Of a stretch of 51,228 bases of DNA, positions 10,472-18,906 are shown in pieces (the first letter of the stretch is position 1; each line of letters starts with the position of its first letter). The DNA is from an uncultured Mycoplasmatota bacterium (GTDB taxonomy: Bacteria > Bacillota_I > Bacilli_A > RF39 > UBA660). A program made the translations under genes and the position numbers. The DNA is taken from positions 1-51,228 of the forward strand of contig CAMLWC010000004.1 in the NCBI GenBank assembly GCA_946488855.1. Reading direction: 5' to 3'. A model generated the notes under the pieces. That model was given only the letters and a program-made list of their open reading frames with translations, ran no database searches and was not told the DNA's origin.

Positions 10472-10759
10472 TTAATCACCTATAACAACTATATTATCAT
10501 TATTATACGCTAAACCTAAATCTTTGACAACTTTAGATACATTATCAAATGAAGTTAATTCATTAACTTGCATAGTCAAACTTTCAACTGTTTTTTCTTC
10601 CGTTGATATTTCATATCTAATTTTTTCATTACTCATTTTATAATTTCCGATACTGGCGCCAAAAAATATTTTAATGACTATAGCTAATGCAAAACATAAT
10701 ACACCACTAAAATATAATAATTTTTCACCCTTTGTCAATCCCTTTTTCTTTCTTGCCAT
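10472..10759 (-). CDS. ftsL: Cell division protein FtsL
   Basis: 95 aa with a basic N-terminus, one TM and a short coiled coil. It holds the conserved position between rsmH and the PBP. Confidence 0.7.
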   Translation of the reverse strand: MARKKKGLTKGEKLLYFSGVLCFALAIVIKIFFGASIGNYKMSNEKIRYEISTEEKTVESLTMQVNELTSFDNVSKVVKDLGLAYNNDNIVVIGD

Positions 10760-10761
10760 AA

Positions 10762-11670
10762 CTATCTTACCCTTTCAATTATTCTTAGTTTAGCGCTTCT
10801 TGCTCTATTATTATTAATTAATTCATTATCACTTGGATCAATATTACCAACTATTTTATATTTAGGTTGATATTCAATTGGAATAATTGGTAAATTTTTT
10901 AAATTTTTATCAACCTTACTTACTTCATCAAATATTCTTTTACATATTTTATCCTCTAATGAATGAAAAGTAATAACTTCAATTCTACCGCCTATTTTAA
11001 TCAACTCTAATGCTTGTTTTAAACTTGTTTCAAATACATTTAATTCGTCATTTACTTCAATTCTAATAGCTTGAAATACTTTTCTTGCTGGATGCTTTTC
11101 TTTTTTATAACTAAATGGTACATTATCTTTAATTATTTCAGCTAATTCTAAAGTAGTTGTAATAGGTCTATCTTTAATAATACCTTTTGCTATCGATAAT
11201 GCATATTTTTCTTCACCATATTTTTTAAATATATCCACTAATTTATTTAAATCATAATTATTAACAACATAATAAGCATCTAATTCTTGTTCTTGATTCA
11301 TGCGCATATCAAGTCTTGCATCTTGATGAAAACTAAAACCTCTTTCTTTTTCATCTAATTGCGGACTAGATACTCCTAAATCATATAAAATACAATCAAC
11401 CTCATTAATATTTAACTTATTTAATTCTTCTTTTAAATTAACAAAATTACTATTAATTATTTTATAGTTATTACCTATTTCCTTTAATTTTAAATCAGCT
11501 TTACTAATAGCTTCTTTATCTTGATCAAACGCATATAAATATCCTTTTTTTATTCTTTTTAATATTTCACTACTATGTCCAGCATAACCTAAAGTACAAT
11601 CAACTACAATACTATCTTCTTTTAAATTTAAATTATTAATACATTCTTCTAATAAAACACTTATATGCAT
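10762..11670 (-). CDS. rsmH: 16S rRNA (cytosine1402-N4)-methyltransferase
   Basis: DCTLGYAGHS, DLGVSSPQLD, FHSLEDKICK motifs. 302 aa, downstream of mraZ. Confidence 0.95.
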   Translation of the reverse strand: MHISVLLEECINNLNLKEDSIVVDCTLGYAGHSSEILKRIKKGYLYAFDQDKEAISKADLKLKEIGNNYKIINSNFVNLKEELNKLNINEVDCILYDLGVSSPQLDEKERGFSFHQDARLDMRMNQEQELDAYYVVNNYDLNKLVDIFKKYGEEKYALSIAKGIIKDRPITTTLELAEIIKDNVPFSYKKEKHPARKVFQAIRIEVNDELNVFETSLKQALELIKIGGRIEVITFHSLEDKICKRIFDEVSKVDKNLKNLPIIPIEYQPKYKIVGNIDPSDNELINNNRARSAKLRIIERVR

Positions 11671-11678
11671 AAATCACC

Positions 11679-12107
11679 TTAAATATTTGGAGCAAATAAC
11701 TTATCTGCTATATCAGATATAATATCTTCATTAGCATCTAAAAATTGTTCAAACCTTTCTTTACTCCATATTTCTAATCTTTCATTAACACCGATTACAA
11801 CACATTCTTTTTTTAAATCAGCGTATTTTATAAGTGGACTAGGTATATTTAATCTTCCTTGCTTATCAAATTCTCCTACTATCGCACCTGATAAGAAAAA
11901 TCTTAAATAATTTCTAGCATCTTTAGTATTTGGTAATTCTTTATATTTATTAGCAATATTATTCCATTCATCTTTAGGATAAATAAATAAGCATCCATCT
12001 AATCCTTTAGTTACGATAAATTGTTCACCTAATTCATACCTTAATTTTGATGGAATAGTTATTCTTCCTTTATCATCAATTGTATGATGATATTCCCCCA
12101 TAAACAT
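11679..12107 (-). CDS. mraZ: Transcriptional regulator MraZ
   Basis: Two DxxGR(I/L)xIP motifs (DDKGRITIPS, DKQGRLNIPS). I placed the start at the ATG of MFMGEYHH (12107) behind a GGGTGA SD, not at the longest-ORF start 12140. Confidence 0.9.
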   Translation of the reverse strand: MFMGEYHHTIDDKGRITIPSKLRYELGEQFIVTKGLDGCLFIYPKDEWNNIANKYKELPNTKDARNYLRFFLSGAIVGEFDKQGRLNIPSPLIKYADLKKECVVIGVNERLEIWSKERFEQFLDANEDIISDIADKLFAPNI

Positions 12108-12224
12108 AATTATCACCCACTTTTTGACACCTATTACCACTTCATACCAACATTTTACTCTTTTTATTAATTTTTGTAAAGAGAAATATGTAAATTTGAC
12201 AATAAAAAAAGAGGAATATTCCTC

Positions 12225-12326
12225 TTAATAAAGACATGCACCTAAAATAATAGCTAATAAAATATATAATACAATTATAATAACATAGTTATTATTTTTA
12301 CATGTACAAGTATTTTTTTCACACAT
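12225..12326 (-). CDS. Tiny hydrophobic peptide, YjcZ-family-like (33 aa)
   Basis: Not in the ORF track. Minus strand encodes MCEKNTCTCKNNNYVIIIVLYILLAIILGACLY behind a GGAG SD. A GAGGAATATTCCTC palindrome plus T-run follows the stop. Confidence 0.6.
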   Translation of the reverse strand: MCEKNTCTCKNNNYVIIIVLYILLAIILGACLY

Positions 12327-12344
12327 AAATATTACTCCTTTATA

Positions 12345-12431
12345 TTAAATGTATGCTCCAAGTATAATTATTAAAAGAATAAAAAGTACTAAAACGATAG
12401 CAGCACCAGAAATTCCGTTATTACAACACAT
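12345..12431 (-). CDS. Tiny hydrophobic peptide, YjcZ-family sporulation-protein-like (28 aa)
   Basis: Not in the ORF track. Minus strand encodes MCCNNGISGAAIVLVLFILLIIILGAYI, preceded by AAAGGAGGA SD 8 nt upstream. It matches the Gly/Cys N-terminus plus FILLIIVG-type tail pattern of YjcZ peptides. Confidence 0.65.
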   Translation of the reverse strand: MCCNNGISGAAIVLVLFILLIIILGAYI

Positions 12432-12572
12432 TATAAATCATCCTCCTTTTTGTCTTTTCACATTATTGTATGGATTTTTGAAAGTTTTGTGATAGATATT
12501 GAAAAAATATTGTTTTTTTTATTTTAATTTGTTATAATTATTTTGCAAGTAATAAAAGAAAGGATTTAGGAT

Positions 12573-13547
12573 ATGAAAAAGAAATATTTATTACTATTAT
12601 TGTGTTTACCACTTTTAGTTACTGGTTGTAAATATGAACCAAAACTAGTTGATGGTAAAGAAGTTGTTGTAGAATTAAATGGTAAACAATTTACTGCAGA
12701 AGAATTTTATGAAGAAATGAAAGAAGTTAATGGAACTGGAGTATTAATTAACTTAGTTAATAATTATATTACAGAGCAAGAATTAACAGAAGAAATGGAA
12801 AAAGATGCTTTAGAAGAAGCACAAGCTCAATATGATTCATATTATGCTCAATCTGGTAAAGATTGGAATAGCTTTTTATCATATTATGGATATAGTAGTT
12901 CCGATGCTTTCTTAAAAGATTTACAAGATAGCTATAAACAAAGTGCTGTATTAGAAAACTACTTAAAAACAGATGTTATCAAAGAAGAAGATATTAATGA
13001 ATACTATGAAAATGATATATTTGGTGAAGTAACAGTAAGACATATATTAATTAAACCAGATGTTGATGATGATATGACTGATACAGAAAAAGAAGAAGCT
13101 AAAAGAAAAGCTTTAGAAGAAGCTAAAGATATAATTAAAAAATTAGGTAATACCGAAAATGTTGAAGAAAAATTTATCGAACTTGCTAAAGATGAATCTG
13201 ATGATACAACTGCTAGTGAAGGTGGCTTAATTGAAAACTTTACTAACGAAAGTGGATTAGTTGAAGAATTCTGGGAAGCATCTTTAAAACTTGAAAATGG
13301 TAAATATACTACTGAACCAGTAGAAACAGAATTTGGTTATCACATAATTTATAAAGTTAGTCAAAAAGAGAAACCTTCTTTAGAAGAAGTTAAAGAAAAA
13401 GTTTTAGATAACCTAGTTAAAGAATTATTAAGTGAAAAAAATGCTAATTTAATTTATTGGGCTGGATTAAGAGAAAAATATAATATGGTTATTAATGATG
13501 AAGTAATTAAAGATACATACGATTCTACAATGAAATTATACAAATAA
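12573..13547 (+). CDS. prsA: Foldase lipoprotein PrsA (parvulin-type peptidyl-prolyl isomerase)
   Basis: Lipobox LLVTGC and parvulin core (VRHILIK...GGLIENF...FGYHIIYK). 324 aa. Confidence 0.85.
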   Translation: MKKKYLLLLLCLPLLVTGCKYEPKLVDGKEVVVELNGKQFTAEEFYEEMKEVNGTGVLINLVNNYITEQELTEEMEKDALEEAQAQYDSYYAQSGKDWNSFLSYYGYSSSDAFLKDLQDSYKQSAVLENYLKTDVIKEEDINEYYENDIFGEVTVRHILIKPDVDDDMTDTEKEEAKRKALEEAKDIIKKLGNTENVEEKFIELAKDESDDTTASEGGLIENFTNESGLVEEFWEASLKLENGKYTTEPVETEFGYHIIYKVSQKEKPSLEEVKEKVLDNLVKELLSEKNANLIYWAGLREKYNMVINDEVIKDTYDSTMKLYK

Positions 13548-13578
13548 AAAGATATCAAATGATATCTTTTCTTTTTTT
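13547..13578. terminator. Bidirectional rho-independent terminator between convergent prsA and the M23 peptidase gene
   Basis: AAAAGATATC-aaat-GATATCTTTT hairpin, flanked by an A-run and a T-run. Confidence 0.7.
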
Positions 13579-14812
13579 AATATTTTGTAGTTCTATCATA
13601 CCAATATGAATTAACTCTAGATGGAAAATTTATACTTATTGATGGATCATATCTCTTACTATAATATGTTACATTATTTAAATTTTCAAAACTTCCTGTT
13701 GATATTTCCAAATGTAAATGCCCACCAGTAGAACAACTATCATACGATTCAAATCCACCCATAATACCTATTACTGTATCTTTAGTTACAGGTTGGCCTT
13801 CTTTAACATTTATACTATGCATATGTAAATAACCAGTTGTATATAATTTACCATTTACATTATGTTGTATATAAACTTTAATACCACCACAATGTTTACC
13901 ATTAACTAAATTAAGTGGTACAACAGATATTACCATACCATTAGCAACTGCGTAAACAGGAGTAGTACCTGCATTGGCATTATAAGTTGTTAAATCCATT
14001 CCATAATGGTAACAACTTACACCATTACCACAAGGTTTTCTTGGTCCATATAGTCCTAATGTTCCAGAAATCATACCTTTTTTTAACGGTCTCCAAAAAC
14101 TAGTATCTGGTGGTAAAATATTTCTACCACAAACTTCAATATCTTCATCATCTTTGCAGCCATTTTGTTCATATAATTTTATTTGTGATTCATGAACTTT
14201 AATTAATTCTTCGATTGATAAAGCTTCTTCATCAATTTCCTTCAAATCAGCTTTTATCTTATTCAGTTCTACAGTTAACTCATCTTGTTTCTCAGCAAGT
14301 TCAACTTTTTTAGTAGCTAACTCTTCCGTTTTCTTTTTATTATCTTCAATATTCTTTTTATTTTTTTCAATTAAAGCTTCATTATAACTAGTTAATTGTT
14401 CTGAAACAGCTATCCTATAAATAAAATCTGTAAACGTTTTTGCTCCAAAAGCATATTCTAAATAAGCTGATTCACCATTTTGAATTTGAGTAAATGATAA
14501 AATATCTTTTATTTCTTCTTCATCTTTTTTTATCTCTTCATTTAAAATTTCTATTTCTTTATTTAAATTTTTAATATCTTCACCAGCTTGATAAATACTT
14601 TGACTAATAGAATTTATATTTGCTTCGATTTCTTGTTTTTCTTTTTCACTTAATTCTTTTTCTAATTGATTTTCTTCATATTGTTTTTTAAATTCTTCTA
14701 ATTCTTTTTTCATATCGCCTAAAGTTTTTGCTTCAGCAACAGGAACATATAAATTAGAAATTATTAAACAAAACATAAAAATTATATATAAAAATTTTTT
14801 TACCATATCCAA
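13577..14812 (-). CDS. Secreted coiled-coil M23/LytM-family peptidoglycan metalloendopeptidase
   Basis: Signal peptide, ~200-aa heptad-rich E/K region, C-terminal M23 motifs HYGMD and GGHLHLE. Confidence 0.8.
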   Translation of the reverse strand: MDMVKKFLYIIFMFCLIISNLYVPVAEAKTLGDMKKELEEFKKQYEENQLEKELSEKEKQEIEANINSISQSIYQAGEDIKNLNKEIEILNEEIKKDEEEIKDILSFTQIQNGESAYLEYAFGAKTFTDFIYRIAVSEQLTSYNEALIEKNKKNIEDNKKKTEELATKKVELAEKQDELTVELNKIKADLKEIDEEALSIEELIKVHESQIKLYEQNGCKDDEDIEVCGRNILPPDTSFWRPLKKGMISGTLGLYGPRKPCGNGVSCYHYGMDLTTYNANAGTTPVYAVANGMVISVVPLNLVNGKHCGGIKVYIQHNVNGKLYTTGYLHMHSINVKEGQPVTKDTVIGIMGGFESYDSCSTGGHLHLEISTGSFENLNNVTYYSKRYDPSISINFPSRVNSYWYDRTTKY

Positions 14813-14914
14813 AACATCATCTCCTATTAAACATTATATCATATTTTTACAACTTTTTTGAATTTTTTTTAAACATTTACATTATTTATATGTTATAATG
14901 AATGTGGTGATTAT

Positions 14915-15925
14915 ATGAACAAAGTAAAATATTTAACACGAGTCGTATCAGGAATGCATTACGATCAATTCTTTAAAACAGTTAATGAAATACATGACAT
15001 TAACAAAAAAAATAAATTTCTTATTTTTAGTGATATGGTATGGTGTGGCGTAAGATATGGTGCAGGGTACCATGATTATAAAATATTTGAATTTTATAAT
15101 ATGAAACATAAAAATAGAGATACATATGTTACAAGAGTAAGAAATAAAAAAATAATAATGGCTTTAAACAATCAAGAATTTTCTGACATAATTGATAAAA
15201 AAAATCTATTTGATAAAAGATTTAAAAAATATTTAAAACGTGAAGTTATCGATATTGATGAAACTGATTTAAAAGAATTTAAAAAATTTATGAAAGACAA
15301 AGATGTTGTTTTTGCTAAACCATTTAATTTAGATAGTGGTCGTGGAATCGAAAAATTAAATAAAAAAGATTTCAAAGATTTGGAAGAAATGTATGAATAC
15401 ATTAAATCTAAAAATTTAAGAATGATTGAAGAAGTTATAAAACAACATAAAGATATGAATAAATTATATCCTAATGCTGTAAATTGCATGCGCATCGTAA
15501 CATTAGTTGATAATGGTAAACCTGAAATAGTATATGCTGTATCAAAAAGTGGTTCAGGAGGCCATTATTTAGATAATATGGGATTTGAAGGAATATGTGC
15601 GCCTATCGATTTAAAAACAGGAAAAATTAGAGGTATAGGTCATTCTGAAAGTGGTCATACTTATGTTAAACACCCAGATACAAATATTAAATTCGAAGGA
15701 TTTCAAATACCTATGTTTAAAGAAGCGATTGAATTAGTTAAAAAAGCAGCATTAGAAGTTCCTGAAATCAAATATGTTGGTTGGGATGTATTCATTGGTG
15801 AAGATGGTCCAGGTATAATCGAAGGAAATGATTATCCTGATTATACATTCTGGCAATTACCAGAACATACACCAGATAGAATTGGATTAATGCCTTATTA
15901 TAAAACAAAAATACCTAAATTATAG
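14915..15925 (+). CDS. Sugar-transfer-associated ATP-grasp family protein
   Basis: The N-terminal DMVWCGVRYGAGYHDYKIFEFYN and C-terminal GWDVFIGEDGPGIIEGN patterns match my memory of the ATPgrasp_ST family. 336 aa. Confidence 0.6.
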   Translation: MNKVKYLTRVVSGMHYDQFFKTVNEIHDINKKNKFLIFSDMVWCGVRYGAGYHDYKIFEFYNMKHKNRDTYVTRVRNKKIIMALNNQEFSDIIDKKNLFDKRFKKYLKREVIDIDETDLKEFKKFMKDKDVVFAKPFNLDSGRGIEKLNKKDFKDLEEMYEYIKSKNLRMIEEVIKQHKDMNKLYPNAVNCMRIVTLVDNGKPEIVYAVSKSGSGGHYLDNMGFEGICAPIDLKTGKIRGIGHSESGHTYVKHPDTNIKFEGFQIPMFKEAIELVKKAALEVPEIKYVGWDVFIGEDGPGIIEGNDYPDYTFWQLPEHTPDRIGLMPYYKTKIPKL

Positions 15926-15930
15926 GTATT

Positions 15931-16341
15931 TTATTTTTCTAATTTTTCTAATATTTGTTTTGTAACTTCAATAGTTTTTAATCTTACTGAATCAGCAGCT
16001 TTTTCTAATACTGGAGTGCCTTTTTCAATTGCATAATTTACCAATTCTTCTGCTTTTACTTGAAGATCATTAGCCTTTTTTTTAGCAATTTTTAAAACTT
16101 TTTCCTTATCTAAATCTTCTAATTCAGCTTTAATTTCTTCTATTTTAGTTTCAATAGTTTCTTTTACTTCATCTACATCAACTTCTTTAGCTTTAGCTAA
16201 TAATTCATCAAATTTTAATTTTAATTCTTTTCTTGTTTCAGATCCTTTTTTAGGAGCAAATAAAACTCCTAAACCAGCACCTATTCCAGCTCCTAATAAA
16301 AATTTACCAAAACCACTTTTTTTCTTACTCATCATTATCAC
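15931..16341 (-). CDS. YtxH-domain general-stress-type protein
   Basis: GAGIGAGLGVLFAPKKGSETRKEL signature followed by a long helical E/K region. The real start is probably the ATG at 16335 (MMSKKK). Confidence 0.8.
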   Translation of the reverse strand: MIMMSKKKSGFGKFLLGAGIGAGLGVLFAPKKGSETRKELKLKFDELLAKAKEVDVDEVKETIETKIEEIKAELEDLDKEKVLKIAKKKANDLQVKAEELVNYAIEKGTPVLEKAADSVRLKTIEVTKQILEKLEK

Positions 16342-16612
16342 CTTTCCTTTTTCTATTTAATAACCATGTAATTCCATTAGATATGCCTGTTGCAATTCTA
16401 TCACTAAAAGTATTAATCACATCAGTTGTATTATCGATAATATCAAATAAACCATTTAATTTATTAACTTTATAATCGACATCATCAACAATTTTATTTA
16501 CTTTCTTTAATGTTTTAATTAAATTAACCATTGCAATAGTTGTCGTTATTATTAGTATAATCAAAGAAATAAATAATATTACAATAAATAATTCTTTTAC
16601 ATCTATCAACAT
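16325..16612 (-). CDS. DUF948-like membrane protein (YtxG-like)
   Basis: 95 aa with an N-terminal TM and a helical tail. It sits immediately upstream of the YtxH gene, as in Bacillus ytxG-ytxH. Confidence 0.55.
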   Translation of the reverse strand: MLIDVKELFIVILFISLIILIITTTIAMVNLIKTLKKVNKIVDDVDYKVNKLNGLFDIIDNTTDVINTFSDRIATGISNGITWLLNRKRKGDNDE

Positions 16613-16615
16613 ATT

Positions 16616-17254
16616 TTATTCTCCTTTCTCATACATACTATCAATTAAATCAAATAATTCACTTTCAGTAATAGGCTTTTTATCTAATTCTTCATTTACT
16701 ATATTAGTTTCAACACCTTCATCGATAATATTTATGTTTTCGTCTTTATCAATTAATTCATCAAATAAATCTGCTTCTTCTTTTTCTTCAGGCATAACCA
16801 AACTATTTAAAGTATTTTCTAATTCATCTTCTAAGGTTCCATAAGCTTTTTTTCTAACTTCATCAATAGTTATTGAAGTGTTAGTATAATAGTTAGATTT
16901 TTCTTTTTTTGGTTTTATATCTTCTTTATTATAATTTTTATCTAATACACCATAAACTGGAGAAATAATCGGAGTTGGTTTAAAAACTCTTTTTTCTTCT
17001 TTAATTATTTTTGGTTGTTCTTTTAAATAACTTGATTTAACTTCTTTTTTTGGTTGCTCTAATTCTTTAAAATAATCATCATCAAAAAATATTGGTGCCT
17101 TTGGTTCTTCTTTAATTACTTTAGGTTCTTCCATTATTTTTGACTCTTTCTTTTCTTCCTTAGCTGGAGCAGGTATTTCTACTTGAATTACTTCACTTTT
17201 AACAGGTTCATCTTCTTCTGTAAATAAATTTTTAACTTTATCAAATAACCCCAT
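16616..17254 (-). CDS. Acidic hypothetical protein with N-terminal amphipathic helix
   Basis: 212 aa and E/K/P-rich. The N-terminus is MGLFDKVKNLFTEEDE, and there is an internal PTPIISPVYGVL motif. Its start overlaps the upstream stop (ATGA at 17254). Confidence 0.5.
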   Translation of the reverse strand: MGLFDKVKNLFTEEDEPVKSEVIQVEIPAPAKEEKKESKIMEEPKVIKEEPKAPIFFDDDYFKELEQPKKEVKSSYLKEQPKIIKEEKRVFKPTPIISPVYGVLDKNYNKEDIKPKKEKSNYYTNTSITIDEVRKKAYGTLEDELENTLNSLVMPEEKEEADLFDELIDKDENINIIDEGVETNIVNEELDKKPITESELFDLIDSMYEKGE

Positions 17255-17862
17255 TATTCCACCTCATCTTCTAGTTTTAAAAAGTCACTGCTTTCTTTTT
17301 TAGAAGTGAATATATCATATTTTTCTTCACTAACTAAAAAATCATCATCTAAAATAACTTTTATTATGTTATCATTAAACTTAATTGTTGATAAAATATA
17401 AGTCATGTTTAAAACAACATCATTAATATTTTCATAATCTGTTTCAACTTCCATTTTCGAATAATTGTACATAAATTCAACAAAATATCTACCATTTTCC
17501 TGTTTGTTTATTTCCAAATATCCTTGTTTATCGTTAATATCTATTTTTTTTGAATAATAAGCATTTGGATTTTCTTGATATTCATTTACAACATCATAAT
17601 AATAACTTATTATATCAATATATAGATAATAATAATCCCCATTAGAATATAAAACATCATTATAATCATTTGTATCTATATAAGATACTCCTCTTGGAAC
17701 ATAGTATTTATATCCTTTACCAATTTGATTATATAAATTATTATCTTTTGATAAAACGACCTCTACTATATTATCAATACTACTAGTGTCTATTCTTACT
17801 ATTGAACAACCACATAGTAAAAGCAGTAAACTAAGCAGCAATAATTTCTTCACACGTCTCAC
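17254..17862 (-). CDS. Hypothetical lipoprotein
   Basis: Lipobox LLLLLCGCS, then a Tyr/Asn/Asp-rich 180-aa domain with no motif I recognise. Confidence 0.6.
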   Translation of the reverse strand: MRRVKKLLLLSLLLLLCGCSIVRIDTSSIDNIVEVVLSKDNNLYNQIGKGYKYYVPRGVSYIDTNDYNDVLYSNGDYYYLYIDIISYYYDVVNEYQENPNAYYSKKIDINDKQGYLEINKQENGRYFVEFMYNYSKMEVETDYENINDVVLNMTYILSTIKFNDNIIKVILDDDFLVSEEKYDIFTSKKESSDFLKLEDEVE

Positions 17863-17904
17863 CTACTTATATATATTATAACAAAGTTTGCAATAGTTTG
17901 GCAA

Positions 17905-18549
17905 TTACTTTTTAGAAATTTTACGTATAACTTTTAATTTATAAATTGGTAATCCTAAATTAACGAATTTTTTTTCATATTCTGTTTGAATATTATCCTC
18001 ATTTAAATTTGAATATAAATCTAATTTAACTTCTTCAAAGATATAATCTTTTTGACTAAAACTAACTAAAGAATACTCAAACAAATTTTTATTATCAGTC
18101 TTCATTTCAATAATACAATCATCCTTAAATATCTTACTATATTTATCTAAGAATATTGGACTAGTTAATCTTCTATTAGTATGTCTTTTTTTAGGCCAAG
18201 GATCAGAAAAATTTAAATAAATTTTACTAATTTCTTTATCAAATATTTCATCTATTTCATTAGCATCTATACAAATAATTTTTAAATTATTTAGTTTCAA
18301 GTTATCTAATTTCTTAAATGCACTTAATAAAACAGTTGGATATTTTTCTATTCCTATATAATTTATATTTGGATTAGCCAAAGCTTTATTTATAATAAAA
18401 TTTCCTTTTCCCATTCCTACTTCTATTTCTATATCATGATTATTCTTAAATAACTTTTTAAAATTTCCTTTATATTCAATTGGATTTGAAACATAATATT
18501 CACTTTTACTTATTATATCTTGTGCTCCTTTTATATTTCTTAATCGCAT
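17905..18549 (-). CDS. trmB: tRNA (guanine46-N7)-methyltransferase
   Basis: GMGKGNF SAM-binding loop, FSDPWPKKRHTNRRL motif, 214 aa. Confidence 0.9.
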   Translation of the reverse strand: MRLRNIKGAQDIISKSEYYVSNPIEYKGNFKKLFKNNHDIEIEVGMGKGNFIINKALANPNINYIGIEKYPTVLLSAFKKLDNLKLNNLKIICIDANEIDEIFDKEISKIYLNFSDPWPKKRHTNRRLTSPIFLDKYSKIFKDDCIIEMKTDNKNLFEYSLVSFSQKDYIFEEVKLDLYSNLNEDNIQTEYEKKFVNLGLPIYKLKVIRKISKK

Positions 18550-18623
18550 AACATCACCTCTTACTATTATACACCATTTTTAAACTAAAGCATATAATTA
18601 ATTAGAAACAAAGGAGGAAAATT

Positions 18624-18878
18624 ATGAAAAAAGATCGTGACTGTGGTATGCAATATATGGGAGCAATGCCAATGATGCCAATGATGCCAATCCCTAACCA
18701 AATGCCTTGCCAAATGAATTATCAAATGCCTAATCAAATGAACTACCAAATGCCTAATTATCAAACAAATAATAATGAATTAATAAACCAAATAACTAAT
18801 TTAGAAAAAAGAGTTAGTGCATTAGAAAACATGATGAACAATAATCCTTATAATAATTCAAATTATCAAATGATGTAA
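18624..18878 (+). CDS. Met/Pro/Gln/Asn-rich low-complexity protein with short coiled coil
   Basis: 84 aa with PMMPMMP and (QMNYQMPN)n repeats, then LINQITNLEKRVSALENMM. AGGAGGA SD. No family recognised. Confidence 0.5.
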   Translation: MKKDRDCGMQYMGAMPMMPMMPIPNQMPCQMNYQMPNQMNYQMPNYQTNNNELINQITNLEKRVSALENMMNNNPYNNSNYQMM

Positions 18879-18906
18879 AAAAACAAACATTAACGTTTGT
18901 TTTTAT
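18877..18906. terminator. Bidirectional terminator between convergent genes
   Basis: AAACAAAC-attaac-GTTTGTTT hairpin, flanked by an A-run and a T-run. The stop of the minus-strand gene lies in the loop. Confidence 0.6.

Noticed and set aside
15172-15495. Antisense ORF inside the ATP-grasp gene. The same applies to 3798-4064, 8098-8280, 22044-22283, 30786-30986, 37590-37814, 38017-38268 and 48777-48962.
   Set aside because: All lie inside or across well-supported genes on the other strand. They have AT-rich low-complexity translations (Leu/Ile/Phe/Ser) and no ribosome-binding site.
16616-17254. Calling the acidic 212-aa protein SepF
   Set aside because: Only the N-terminal amphipathic helix resembles SepF. 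The conserved C-terminal FtsZ-binding domain is absent.
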